A stretch of 46,531 bases of DNA, from positions 1 to 46,531 of the forward strand of contig CAZGSA010000001.1 in NCBI GenBank assembly GCA_964528215.1, given 5' to 3'. The notes under the pieces are model-generated. The model saw nothing but the letters and a program-made list of their open reading frames with translations, had not been told where the DNA came from and did no database searches. This DNA is from Candidatus Woesearchaeota archaeon. Lineage in GTDB: Archaea > Nanobdellota > Nanobdellia > Pacearchaeales > GW2011-AR1. A program made the translations under genes and the position numbers. The first letter of the stretch is position 1, and every line of letters starts with the position of its first letter. Below are positions 1 to 10,059 of this stretch, in pieces.

Positions 1-141
1 CTCAGGAAGAGCATCATGGAAACCTACACCTTTAGGTGTAGGAGGAAGTCATATTCTCTTTCTTTTATTTAAATGATGAATAGCACTTCCCATTTTAACC
101 TCTTTTCTTAGAATATCATAACTCAAAATTGATTTAAATAG

Positions 142-546
142 TTATCCTTCTTTACAATAACAACTTCTTCCTTCAGAAACACAATTGCCTTTTTGACAAT
201 ATCCTGCACATATTTCATAATCTCCCGAATAAAAACCACAAGGTCTTTTATCTATATCTTCTGGAAGCATAGTTTGATTTTCTTTACTCTTATTAATCTC
301 AAACCCACCATTTTCATCTAAATTTTCTTTAGTCCTTAATCCACTCTTGCTATCTTCTACTATTTTTTTATAATCATTTTTTTCAATATTATCTTCATTC
401 CCTACGATTTTGTCTATAGGATTTATATCTGTCTCTGTTTTTTGTTTTCCATTCTCATTATAAGTTAAAAATTTGTAAGAAGCAAAAACAAACAAGGCTA
501 GAAAGATGAATATTATTATCATAATAATTATTTTTTTTATTTCCAT
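142..546 (-). CDS. Membrane-anchored or secreted small protein with a C-terminal six-cysteine module
   Basis: 134-aa ORF. N-terminal hydrophobic anchor IIIMIIIFIFLALFVFA. C-terminus PCGFYSGDYEICAGYCQKGNCVSEGRSCYC has the spacing C..CxxxC..GxC..CxC. Last gene of the minus-strand pilin operon. Confidence 0.6.
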   Translation of the reverse strand: MEIKKIIIMIIIFIFLALFVFASYKFLTYNENGKQKTETDINPIDKIVGNEDNIEKNDYKKIVEDSKSGLRTKENLDENGGFEINKSKENQTMLPEDIDKRPCGFYSGDYEICAGYCQKGNCVSEGRSCYCKEG

Positions 547-627
547 TTTGCAATCCTATCCTTATTCTCCATACCTATTGTTTTTTGATTATTAATATTT
601 TAAACATCCAAATTATAAAAGTTTATT

Positions 628-1584
628 CTAAATTAATATATTTCCAACATTATAAACATCTATATGATTTTCATCTAACCTAAACCAATTTGGCATACCC
701 AAAATATTTCTCGTAGTAGGATTATTATCTGAAAAATAAATATAATCAACAACAGACTTATCTTTTGTAATTATGCTTTGATTAATAAATTCTGGAAGAT
801 AAACTAGAGATTCTATTCCATAAGGATTTGGATTTAAAACAGGGCTTGTTTTCCCCTCAAGTCTCTCTAAAAAGTTGGGTCCTGTGCTTGAAGTTAAATA
901 ATAAGAATTTTCAACATGGTTAATTAAATTAGAGACATCTTCTACAACGACAAATTCTTCATAAGGGCTTTTAATAATCTTGTTTGTAATTTTTCCATTA
1001 GTATTAACTACATAAAGAGGGTCTTCAAAATTATTAATAGGAATAGAAACAACCTTAAAAGAGGTCTTATTCCAGGAAACAAGATTATTATTATCTTCTA
1101 TTAATAAATTAAATTTTAGACTTATCTGGATATTCCAAGAATCAACCTGAGTAATATTAACTTCTGGATTTGAAAAAGTTAAATTAATATTTACAATTCT
1201 GGCTTTTTCATTTAAATCCCCTTGGATATCTGAAAAAATTATTCCTTCCAATAACTGATTCTCTTCTTCAGAAACCGTCTCTTTAATAGTCCCATTAAAA
1301 AAAGCTTCTTGAAACCTATACTCTACATCATCAATATAATCTCCAGTGGTAATTATTCTTTTTTCAAATAAAAATATAATCCTAAATCCAGAGATATATA
1401 ACTTTCTAGGAATATTTTGTTCCAGTGAAAAGATAAAATTATTCATAGTATTTACCCTATTATTAATATTTTTCCCATCTTTAGAAACATTATAGATTTC
1501 ATAGGATACCAAAAAAAAAGAAAGTAAAACTAAGACTAAGATTGTAAAAAACATTGCTTTTTTATTCCATTTTTTTCTTATCAT
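628..1584 (-). CDS. Pilus-operon protein with prepilin-like N-terminal anchor, function unknown
   Basis: 318-aa ORF. N-terminus MIRKKWNKKA/MFFTILVLVLLSFFLV has the charged-then-hydrophobic layout of its operon neighbours. No catalytic motif recognised. Confidence 0.55.
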   Translation of the reverse strand: MIRKKWNKKAMFFTILVLVLLSFFLVSYEIYNVSKDGKNINNRVNTMNNFIFSLEQNIPRKLYISGFRIIFLFEKRIITTGDYIDDVEYRFQEAFFNGTIKETVSEEENQLLEGIIFSDIQGDLNEKARIVNINLTFSNPEVNITQVDSWNIQISLKFNLLIEDNNNLVSWNKTSFKVVSIPINNFEDPLYVVNTNGKITNKIIKSPYEEFVVVEDVSNLINHVENSYYLTSSTGPNFLERLEGKTSPVLNPNPYGIESLVYLPEFINQSIITKDKSVVDYIYFSDNNPTTRNILGMPNWFRLDENHIDVYNVGNILI

Positions 1585-1762
1585 CTTTGTTATTTTCTAT
1601 ACCTTTTATTTTATCTCAATATTTATTATACTGCTCATCTTCTTTATTTATTGTGGATATTTTTCCTATACTTACCTTCTACTATCCTCCTGTTTTATTA
1701 GTTATGGATATCTACTGTGATTGTTTATCTGATTTTGTATTTCATTGACATTTTCAGATCAT

Positions 1763-4543
1763 CTAATCCCATTTTCTAACCTGGACCTCTGTTGATTCTT
1801 CATAGGGAATTCCAGTTATTTGTGAAGCACTAATCTCAAAATCTTGTTCTGTAAATTTAACATCTAATAATTCATTTAAATCAAAATCTAATAATCTTAA
1901 TAAATTATAAACCGCTGTTTGAATAGCATCATTTTCATTATGAGTATACCCTTGATTATCAGGATAAAAACAAATTTCACTACCCGTATAATTTCTAGGA
2001 ATATTTGTAGTAAGATTACTTCCATCTTCAAATTCTAGATACCATTTACAACCACTAGCATAAGATGAGATAGGAGAATAAGATATCATTATCCTAATTA
2101 CCTTGTAAATAATCTTATTAGATAAAGAACCCTGTGTTGAATTTAAAGGATTTAAACCAGTTGTTAAGGTTACTGTGTTATTCATCTGAATAAAAGAATT
2201 TGGAATATTAATTACATAGGGGTCTCCCAATTCAATATAATCTGATTTATAACTACTTAAAGAATAAACATTATTTCCATTTATTTCCACATTATCAGTC
2301 CATCTTGGTCCTGAATAAGAAATCACATTTGTCTCAAATATAGTTGAGTTTTTAGGAATATTAAAACTTCCATTATAAGCATTATCAAATAATTTTTCAT
2401 TTGCTATGATTAATCCATAGGGCTCTTCTTCCTCACTATAATCAAATTTTATATAAGAATCTGGATATAAGATGCTAAATATATCTCCCTCTGTAATAGC
2501 TTTCTGAGTTCCATAGGTTATGTTTATTATGTTTCCAGCTATAGTCAAGATAATGCCCTCAATTCCTTCTGTTTCAGTATAATTATAAAACTTTCCGCCT
2601 GTGACATTAGTCATATTATCTGCCATTATTCTATTGTCACATAATCCCTTATCCCAACTATAATCTCCTTCTTTATTAATATAAAAAAAAGTTATATCAT
2701 TATTTACTAACTCTCCTATCATATCTTGTACATATTTAGGGCCTGCATTGCAATTTTCATCAGTATTATCAGGATAACCCCCCGCAGTATAGGCGCAATC
2801 AAGTGCATGTGGTGGAGCATCGGTTACTAAAATATCAAATTTTTTTGCACCGCTTCTCCAATCTAAAAATAAAGATTGGTTTATTGCTGTTAGATGAGAT
2901 TCAGGTCCGTCCATACCTCCTGTTGCCTCTATAATATTTACTTTATTCTTATATTCACTAACATTTGTAGTAAAATCTCCTGTTGAGAAATTATAAACCA
3001 AATAAGGAAAGTCAGAATAAAAAAAAGCATTACAAGATTCACAATTAGTTTTTTCCATACACCCTGCCCAAGGATCCCCATCACCCAAATTTGAACAACA
3101 ATCTAAAATAGGATTCTCTGACCAATAATCACAATAACTCCCTGTCCAGATTCCTCCACAGATTTCACAATTCAATTGATTATAATAACATCCTATATAG
3201 GTATCTCCCCCAAGATTAGCACAACATAATTGAATAGGGCTAGTGCTCAAATAATCACACCATGAGCTTCCACAAGGATATTCTTTATGATCTTTAAATT
3301 CAATTAAAGCCAACCTATAATCAACAGAACTATTCTCTAAAACATCTACAAAATCTCCGATAATCTCATAGACATCATTAATCTCATCATACATACTCCC
3401 TGTTGAATCAATTAAAAAAGCAATATCAACAATACCTCCCCCAAAAGTTCCAGAAATCTCTTCTAATCCTAGTCTTATTGGAATAGTTTTATTGCTTAAA
3501 TAATTATAATCTAATTTACTATTTAATTCAACATTATTAATTATTTCAGTAGATTCCCCACTACTGCTTTTATTAAAGACAGTTATATTTCCTATATTCA
3601 AAAAAACGGTATAATTGCTGTTATAATGCAAAAAAACATCCATAGAATTTAAAGTTCCAGGTATATAAAATCCATCATATAGATTAATAATCCCTTCTAT
3701 GCCTGGGAAATAATATTCATTTGGTTTTTTATACCCTTTAGAATTTTTATAGATAATCTTTAAATATCCTCCTGCAATAAATAATTCTTCTGCAACAAAT
3801 TTAATAGTATTTTCTCCAATTTTAAAATTATTAGTATATGAAGAGATATCATATTGAGCAGGAGTAAACTGTGTTGAAGAATTCTGATAATGCCCTGAAA
3901 AATTATTATTAATATAAAAATCAAAATCATTGTTTGTTGCTATTTCAAGTTTTATATCTTCAATTTCTTCTGTTGCATTTATTTTTATAGAGATATTTCC
4001 CTCTCCAATATATCCTCCAAAATAAAAATATTCCTTAGGAATATTTCCAGAAAGATAAGCTCGGGCAGAGAAACCTGTAACACTTTCATTATTAATATTA
4101 TCTCCATTTATACCACTAATAAATTGCCTTTCTACTTCTATATTCTTAGCAGATTCAAAACTACTGCTATTCTTAGAAGCTAATAATTTGTTTCCATACC
4201 ACAACCCAATATTCTTATTAGTATCTAAATTAATAAAAATAATCTGAGCAAGATTTTCAGCAATAGTTAAATTTTCAATATAAAATTCCCCAATTTGTTC
4301 TAAAACTGTATTGTTTAAATCACTTATTAAACCATCTGCAATCAGTTGCTTAACATAGGAATTATTAATCTCTCCAATTTTTAATGCAGAGAAAGAACTG
4401 ATTATATCTTGTTGAAGATAATTATCTTGGTGAGAATATTTAATTACAGGATAAATAATTAATACGCTTAAAAATATGATTATCATAGCTATCAATGCAT
4501 CTGTGCTAAAAAATACCGCCCTTTTATTTATCCTCTTTTTCAT
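1763..4543 (-). CDS. Large prepilin-like vWA-domain protein (pilus adhesin candidate)
   Basis: 926-aa ORF. N-terminus MKKRINKRA/VFFSTDALIAMIIIFLSVLII is class III signal-like. vWA markers are DIAFLIDSTGSM (MIDAS DxSxS), TGGMDGPES and ILVTDAPPH. Two tandem ~40-aa Cys-rich modules are inserted inside the vWA domain. Confidence 0.75.
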   Translation of the reverse strand: MKKRINKRAVFFSTDALIAMIIIFLSVLIIYPVIKYSHQDNYLQQDIISSFSALKIGEINNSYVKQLIADGLISDLNNTVLEQIGEFYIENLTIAENLAQIIFINLDTNKNIGLWYGNKLLASKNSSSFESAKNIEVERQFISGINGDNINNESVTGFSARAYLSGNIPKEYFYFGGYIGEGNISIKINATEEIEDIKLEIATNNDFDFYINNNFSGHYQNSSTQFTPAQYDISSYTNNFKIGENTIKFVAEELFIAGGYLKIIYKNSKGYKKPNEYYFPGIEGIINLYDGFYIPGTLNSMDVFLHYNSNYTVFLNIGNITVFNKSSSGESTEIINNVELNSKLDYNYLSNKTIPIRLGLEEISGTFGGGIVDIAFLIDSTGSMYDEINDVYEIIGDFVDVLENSSVDYRLALIEFKDHKEYPCGSSWCDYLSTSPIQLCCANLGGDTYIGCYYNQLNCEICGGIWTGSYCDYWSENPILDCCSNLGDGDPWAGCMEKTNCESCNAFFYSDFPYLVYNFSTGDFTTNVSEYKNKVNIIEATGGMDGPESHLTAINQSLFLDWRSGAKKFDILVTDAPPHALDCAYTAGGYPDNTDENCNAGPKYVQDMIGELVNNDITFFYINKEGDYSWDKGLCDNRIMADNMTNVTGGKFYNYTETEGIEGIILTIAGNIINITYGTQKAITEGDIFSILYPDSYIKFDYSEEEEPYGLIIANEKLFDNAYNGSFNIPKNSTIFETNVISYSGPRWTDNVEINGNNVYSLSSYKSDYIELGDPYVINIPNSFIQMNNTVTLTTGLNPLNSTQGSLSNKIIYKVIRIMISYSPISSYASGCKWYLEFEDGSNLTTNIPRNYTGSEICFYPDNQGYTHNENDAIQTAVYNLLRLLDFDLNELLDVKFTEQDFEISASQITGIPYEESTEVQVRKWD

Positions 4544-4653
4544 TTTTTCTTTCGATATCTGTATCTTTTTGATAAGGGTAATTTACCCCTTATTTAATTT
4601 AATATTCTTCATAACATCTAAGTTTATATCTTAAAAATATCTTCCCATTTTAT

Positions 4654-5160
4654 CTACTCTTCCCAAATATAAACATAAGCTGTAACAGGTTTATTTTTAT
4701 AAATAGAAAATCTTGTGATTTTCACAAGATTAGAAGAATCAAGATTAACATTGTCTTTATCAATCTCTGGCTTACCAATTCCCTCAACAATTGCTCCATC
4801 AATAGTCATATTTACATTTAAGAAAAAATAATAATCAAACCGAGTCTTGAAATGATTTTTTGTATTTGCATAATTTGCCTGAACAATATCATAAAAATAT
4901 TTTAGTTTGCTCTCATTTATTTTGTCCTCACTTAATAAACCAATCTTAGTATAATCTTCTGGATTCCAGTTCTTTGGATATCCGTCAGAAAATAAAGAAT
5001 TTACAATAATCTCTCCATCATAACTTAGTTGTTCAAAGTTTTCCTCTGCTTCTCCTGAATAATTTGTAGAATAAATAAAGAAAACTAAAATTCCAATTGA
5101 AAAAATCATGACTGCAACCATTAAATCTATCCCCCAGGACTGAGCTTTTTTGTTTTTCAT
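4654..5160 (-). CDS. Archaeal type IV pilin-like protein (minor pilin candidate)
   Basis: 168-aa ORF. MKNKKAQ/SWGIDLMVAVMIFSIGILVFFIY is a basic stretch, a small residue and then a hydrophobic helix, as in class III signal peptides. Confidence 0.65.
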   Translation of the reverse strand: MKNKKAQSWGIDLMVAVMIFSIGILVFFIYSTNYSGEAEENFEQLSYDGEIIVNSLFSDGYPKNWNPEDYTKIGLLSEDKINESKLKYFYDIVQANYANTKNHFKTRFDYYFFLNVNMTIDGAIVEGIGKPEIDKDNVNLDSSNLVKITRFSIYKNKPVTAYVYIWEE

Positions 5161-5369
5161 TTAATATTTATTTTTTTATTACGCTACCCCTTTATTTTTC
5201 ATTTTTTTGATATCTAATGTTTTGTTTATACTTATGTTCTTTATACCCTATTATCTGATTTCTTATCTTAATAACATTTTTTTTATTAATTCCTAATAGT
5301 TTTATATTCAATACCCTCTTCTGATTTTAAGCCTTAATTTTATTGTTTTTTTGATAATCTTTATTTTAA

Positions 5370-5771
5370 TTAGGGATTTAAATAAACAATTCCCTCCTTT
5401 TTCTCTATAATATTTTCTCCCAATACCACTTGTCCACTGATTGGCAAAATAGGCAATGCTATTGCATACTTATTATTTAATGTTTTAACATAAATCATTT
5501 CATTTATTACACTAAGATTATAGGCTTGTCCATTAATATCTTTTGAAACCCTAAATTTTCTATAATATCCCTCACTTGATTCAGAAGCAAGATTAATTTC
5601 ATCCTGAACAACAAATGCTATATATTTTATCTCAAGATTATTTTTTTCAGCAATCCTACTCCCTGTTTTTTCACTAATCACAACAAAAAAGATAGCAAAG
5701 AAAAAGATAATAACGCTAACTAGAAGAACAAATTCCATTGCACTCTGGCTCTTTTTTTTAATTTTTATCAT
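5370..5771 (-). CDS. Archaeal type IV pilin-like protein
   Basis: 133-aa ORF. MIKIKKKSQS/AMEFVLLVSVIIFFFAIFFVV. The AMEF motif matches the pilin at 12077-12553. Confidence 0.65.
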   Translation of the reverse strand: MIKIKKKSQSAMEFVLLVSVIIFFFAIFFVVISEKTGSRIAEKNNLEIKYIAFVVQDEINLASESSEGYYRKFRVSKDINGQAYNLSVINEMIYVKTLNNKYAIALPILPISGQVVLGENIIEKKEGIVYLNP

Positions 5772-5777
5772 TTTGAT

Positions 5778-6194
5778 TTAGCTAACTAGGCCTATAGTAG
5801 CTTTATCTTCCTCTGCAACAATCTCAATTTTTTTAATACCAGAATTAATTGATAAGGTTCCTTCAATAGGAACTTTACTTGTAAATGAAGTCTTTTCCAA
5901 ACCAGAAGAAGTCTGAGAAGTAATAAATAAATTGTTTTCACTTATGGTTATTTCTCTAACATTTTCTGGAAGATAGACAGAAATTGTTGCTTTTGATGGT
6001 CGCCCATAATAATAAACAGATTCAGAAGTTGAAATAATTTTATTTGCAAAATTATTTAGTTGAACAACTCTTATTTTGTCTTTAATTCCCCCACTATAAT
6101 AAAATGCAACTCCCAAAATACTAATTAAGATAAATGTGACAAATCCTATAATTATAAGATACTCTATACTTATCTGGGATTTTTTAACTTTCAT
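5778..6194 (-). CDS. Archaeal type IV pilin-like protein
   Basis: 138-aa ORF. MKVKKSQ/ISIEYLIIIGFVTFILISILGV is a class III signal-like N-terminus. First gene of the minus-strand operon. Confidence 0.65.
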   Translation of the reverse strand: MKVKKSQISIEYLIIIGFVTFILISILGVAFYYSGGIKDKIRVVQLNNFANKIISTSESVYYYGRPSKATISVYLPENVREITISENNLFITSQTSSGLEKTSFTSKVPIEGTLSINSGIKKIEIVAEEDKATIGLVS

Positions 6195-6324
6195 GATTAT
6201 TAATCCTCTTCTTTACACTATAGCAACTAAAAATATGTTAATAAAGATTGTCATTTTAATTGAACAATAAGTTTATAAGATTGTTTGATTATGATATATA
6301 AAGAAGTCTATAAATGAAAAAAAG

Positions 6325-7194
6325 ATGGTAAAAGTGAAAAAACTATTATTCACAAAAGTATTTATAATCGTATTAATAGTAGTTTTCTTTAATGCAGGAT
6401 TTTTAGTTTATCAATATAGGGGGGGTGGATTAACAGGGTTTTCAGTTAAGACCTTGGAAACTACAATAAATAAAACCCTTGAAATGCCCTTCACAACAAA
6501 GATATTTCTCATAGTTCAGTGGAGTATTCTTCTTTTTATTTTAATGTTTGCAAGTGTAAGAGATAGATTAACTATTAGTGAAAGAAAAGAAATCCAAAAC
6601 ATACATTTACATAAAAAATCAGGAAAAAACAAAACAGATATTGATTCTCTTTACGATATTTTACAAAAAACAAAAAAGATTAGAATTTCTACAATTGCTA
6701 AAGTTTTTAATGTAAAAGAAGAAATTGCAGCAGAATGGTCTAAGATTTTAGAGTCTAGTAATCTTGCAGTTATTGACTACCCCGGTTTTGGACAACCAGT
6801 TTTAAAATCTAAAGATTACGAAGAAGAAGAGAAAATAAAAAAAGCAATGAGAAAAGAAAGAGAAATAAAGAAAGAGGAAAAGAAAAAAAGAAAAGAATCA
6901 GAAAAGAACACAAAAAATATTGATTTTAAGAAACTAAAACCAATTCATCTTAATGTAATAAAAACTCAAAAAAAGAAAGAGTTAAAATTAATAAAAAAAG
7001 AAGAAAAGAGAAAAGCAAAACAATTAAAAAAAACAAAAAAGCAACAGATAAAACAACAAAAAAGAAAACATAAATTTCAATTAAAATTATTTAAAAAATT
7101 ACAAAAAAGAGAGAAAAAGAATGAAAAAAAGAAAAGAAAAGAAGAAAAAAAGAAATCAAAAAAAATAAAAAATATTAAGAAAAAGAAAAGATAA
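6325..7194 (+). CDS. Membrane protein with long Lys/Glu-rich low-complexity tail, pilus-operon associated
   Basis: 289-aa ORF. N-terminal TM helices, a short globular segment, then a long K/E/R-rich tail. Its stop at 7194 abuts the ATPase start at 7197. Confidence 0.55.
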   Translation: MVKVKKLLFTKVFIIVLIVVFFNAGFLVYQYRGGGLTGFSVKTLETTINKTLEMPFTTKIFLIVQWSILLFILMFASVRDRLTISERKEIQNIHLHKKSGKNKTDIDSLYDILQKTKKIRISTIAKVFNVKEEIAAEWSKILESSNLAVIDYPGFGQPVLKSKDYEEEEKIKKAMRKEREIKKEEKKKRKESEKNTKNIDFKKLKPIHLNVIKTQKKKELKLIKKEEKRKAKQLKKTKKQQIKQQKRKHKFQLKLFKKLQKREKKNEKKKRKEEKKKSKKIKNIKKKKR

Positions 7195-7196
7195 AA

Positions 7197-8888
7197 ATGT
7201 CTAAGAAAAATAAAAACAAAAGCTATCAGCATCATGAAAATGAAAAGCATAACCCTGACAAGTATAATCCTGACAAGCATGATGAACTTCACAATCACAA
7301 AAAACATAAGGGGTTTAAATTTATAAATAAATTGTCAGTTCATAAAAAATTAGATACTGAACAGGAAATAATTCATGAATTAAAAGATATTAAAAGGGAC
7401 AAGAACAGCTTAGAATATTATGAAATTGAGGTTGATAAAGCAAAGGTAAGGGCTGAGATTAGAAAAGAAGCTTCTGGAAATGTCTACAATCTTTATGTTC
7501 CTCAAATCTCTGTTGCAACAGCTTCACTATTGGAAGAAGTAAGAAATGAGTTAATTACTGCAACAACAATTGGAATGAAAGAGATAATAGATCCTAATGC
7601 CTTTAAAGATATTAAAAAGAGATTTATGAGTGAAACAATTAATTTACTAAAAGATAAACTTCCTCATCTTCAAAAATCAACAGAAGATTTTTTAGTTGGT
7701 AAATTAATGCAGGATATGCTAGGTTTGGGAGAAATTGAGTTCTTAGTAAATGACCCTAATTTAGAAGAAGTTATTATTCCCTCATCTAAAGAATCAATAA
7801 GAGTTTACCATAAAAAATATGGATGGTTATTGACAAACATAAGAATAGGAAGAGAAGACCAGATAACTAATTATGCAAATATTATTGCAAGAAGAGTTGG
7901 AAGACAAATTACTGTTCTGACCCCCTTACTTGATGCCCACCTTGTCTCAGGAGATAGGGTTAATGCAATCCTTTACCCAGTTTCAACAAAAGGAAATACC
8001 ATTACTATCCGGAAATTTGCAAGAGACCCTTACACTATTATTGATATGATTAATAATAAAACTTGTGATTTAGATAGTGCAGCCCTAATCTGGCTGGGTA
8101 TAGAATATGAGATGAACATTTTAATCTCTGGAGGAACAGCCTCTGGAAAAACTTCTTTTTTAAATGCCTGCATGCCATTTATCCCTCCAAATCATAGAAT
8201 AATTAGTGTTGAAGATACAAGAGAGTTAATGTTACCAGAATTTTTATACTGGTCCCCATTAGTGACAAGAACTCCTAATCCTGAGGGAAAAGGAGGAGTT
8301 AGTATGCTTGATTTATTAGTAAATTCTCTAAGAATGAGACCAGATAGAATAATTTTAGGAGAAATGAGAAGAAAAGAAGAAGCAATGGTCTTGTTTGAAG
8401 CAATGCATACAGGTCATTCAGTGTATGCAACTCTTCATGCAGATTCTGCAGCAGAGACAATCTCAAGATTGACAAATCCTCCTCTAAGTGTTCCACCAAA
8501 TTTGCTAAAAGCAGTTAACTTAAACATAGTCATGTTTAGAGATAGAAAAAAAGGAATCCGAAGAATCTTACAGATAGCAGAATTTGAAGTAGGTCAGAAT
8601 TTAACAAGAGCTAATATAATTTATAGATGGATACATGAAGAAGACAAACTAATCAAACATTCTGAAACATCTAGATTTTTTGAAGATATTTCAAGAAATA
8701 CAGGCATGTCTCAGGGAGAAATTAATAAGGATATGGGAGATAAGAAAAAGATTTTAGAATGGCTTGTAAAAAATAATATAAGGGCATTAAAAGATTTTGG
8801 CAAGGTTATGAATCAATACTATATTAATAAAGAAGATTTGTTAAGAGATATGTCTAGGAATGATTTAAAAAAAGTTTTAGGAAGATAG
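7197..8888 (+). CDS. FlaI/ArlI-VirB11-type secretion ATPase (type IV pilus or archaellum assembly ATPase family)
   Basis: 563-aa ORF. Walker A SGGTASGKTS, Walker B-like DRIILGEMR, His-box GHSVYATLHA. Lys/His-rich low-complexity N-terminal extension. Confidence 0.9.
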   Translation: MSKKNKNKSYQHHENEKHNPDKYNPDKHDELHNHKKHKGFKFINKLSVHKKLDTEQEIIHELKDIKRDKNSLEYYEIEVDKAKVRAEIRKEASGNVYNLYVPQISVATASLLEEVRNELITATTIGMKEIIDPNAFKDIKKRFMSETINLLKDKLPHLQKSTEDFLVGKLMQDMLGLGEIEFLVNDPNLEEVIIPSSKESIRVYHKKYGWLLTNIRIGREDQITNYANIIARRVGRQITVLTPLLDAHLVSGDRVNAILYPVSTKGNTITIRKFARDPYTIIDMINNKTCDLDSAALIWLGIEYEMNILISGGTASGKTSFLNACMPFIPPNHRIISVEDTRELMLPEFLYWSPLVTRTPNPEGKGGVSMLDLLVNSLRMRPDRIILGEMRRKEEAMVLFEAMHTGHSVYATLHADSAAETISRLTNPPLSVPPNLLKAVNLNIVMFRDRKKGIRRILQIAEFEVGQNLTRANIIYRWIHEEDKLIKHSETSRFFEDISRNTGMSQGEINKDMGDKKKILEWLVKNNIRALKDFGKVMNQYYINKEDLLRDMSRNDLKKVLGR

Positions 8889-9165
8889 ATTTAGAAAGAA
8901 ATTTAAAATACCTTTTGTATTCTCAGATGTAAAAAAATTAAAAAAAAAATCCAGGTTTTTTATTGCTAAACTAAGATATAAAAAAGAATCAAGATTAGGC
9001 AATAATTTAAAAGATGTAGGAGTAGATTTAACAAGAGAAGAATATTTAGGAATCTGTTTAAGGTCTTTTACATTTAATTTTATTGCTTTATTTATCTTTT
9101 CAACAACAGCTCTAGCATTAATCCAGATAAAAAAATTTTATATTTTTGGTTTTCTTCTTGCTCTA

Positions 9166-9777
9166 ATGTTTTCTATGTTTGCTTATTTTAGCCAGAGAAT
9201 TTATCCAAAAATATATCTTTCTAGAAAACAAAGAGATATTGAGAAAAATTTAATACCAGCTTTAGAAGATATGTTTATTCAGTTAAATTCTGGAATACCT
9301 CTTTTTGATATTATGACAAATATTTCTGATGCAGATTATGGTATTCTGAGTGAAGAGTTTAAAAAAGCAGTAAAAAGGATTAATGCCGGAGAACCAGAGG
9401 CAGAAGTTTTAGATGATTTAGGAAAAAGAAATCCCTCTGTTTTTTTTAGAAGAACTTTATGGCAGATTAGTAATTCAATGAGGGCTGGAAGTGATATGGC
9501 CATTGTTGTTAAAGATAGTATTAAGGCATTAAATGAAGAACAGTTTATTCAGATACAAACTTATGGAAGCAAGTTAAATCCTCTTATAGTCCTTTATATG
9601 CTAATTGCAGTTATAATCCCCGCACTTTCAATAACCTTTTTGACAATCTTATCTTCAATGATTAACCTTCCTCAAAACATGATAACTTTACTCTTCATAA
9701 GTTTGTTTGTTTTTGATGTTTTAGTTCAAATCATGTTTTTAGGATTAATTAGAGCAAAGAGGCCAAGTTTATTGTAA
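9166..9777 (+). CDS. T2SSF/FlaJ-TadC-like pilus platform membrane protein (start unresolved)
   Basis: ATG-bounded 203-aa ORF with a T2SSF-like domain (IPALEDMFIQLNSGIPLFDIM, NPSVFFRRTLWQISNSMRAGSDM) and C-terminal TM helices. The frame is open from 8881. The upstream 95 codons encode two more TM helices but contain no ATG, GTG or TTG. Confidence 0.75.
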   Translation: MFSMFAYFSQRIYPKIYLSRKQRDIEKNLIPALEDMFIQLNSGIPLFDIMTNISDADYGILSEEFKKAVKRINAGEPEAEVLDDLGKRNPSVFFRRTLWQISNSMRAGSDMAIVVKDSIKALNEEQFIQIQTYGSKLNPLIVLYMLIAVIIPALSITFLTILSSMINLPQNMITLLFISLFVFDVLVQIMFLGLIRAKRPSLL

Positions 9778-10059
9778 AATGGAAATCAGTGAAATACTAA
9801 TAACACCTAAAATAAAACAATATGAAAGAAGGAAGTATAATATCAATAACCCAATAAATATAACAATATTCAAAAGAGAAGATTAAGTTAAACATCAATA
9901 TCTGATAATATATGATGCTATGCAGAAGAAGAGATTAAGGCAAATAAAAAAATAAAGAGGATAAATAAGATATTAATAAGAATATAAACAACAAATAATG
10001 AGATGAAGATTAACAGAAGAAAAGGAGAGCATAATAAAAAATAAATATTAAATAAAAAA

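Noticed and set aside
23-42. Perfect hairpin cctacacc-ttt-aggtgtagg at the window edge, with possible partial ORFs in 1-93
   Set aside because: There is too little context. The only complete ORF is 14 codons, and the partial frames have no recognisable motif. It could be a terminator of an upstream gene, but this cannot be supported.
9778-10059. 282-nt purine-rich spacer between the two T2SSF genes, including a 36-codon ORF (9779-9889)
   Set aside because: There is no SD sequence or conserved motif. The peptide is low complexity. The region is probably a decayed linker or promoter. It is mentioned only as context for the split platform gene.
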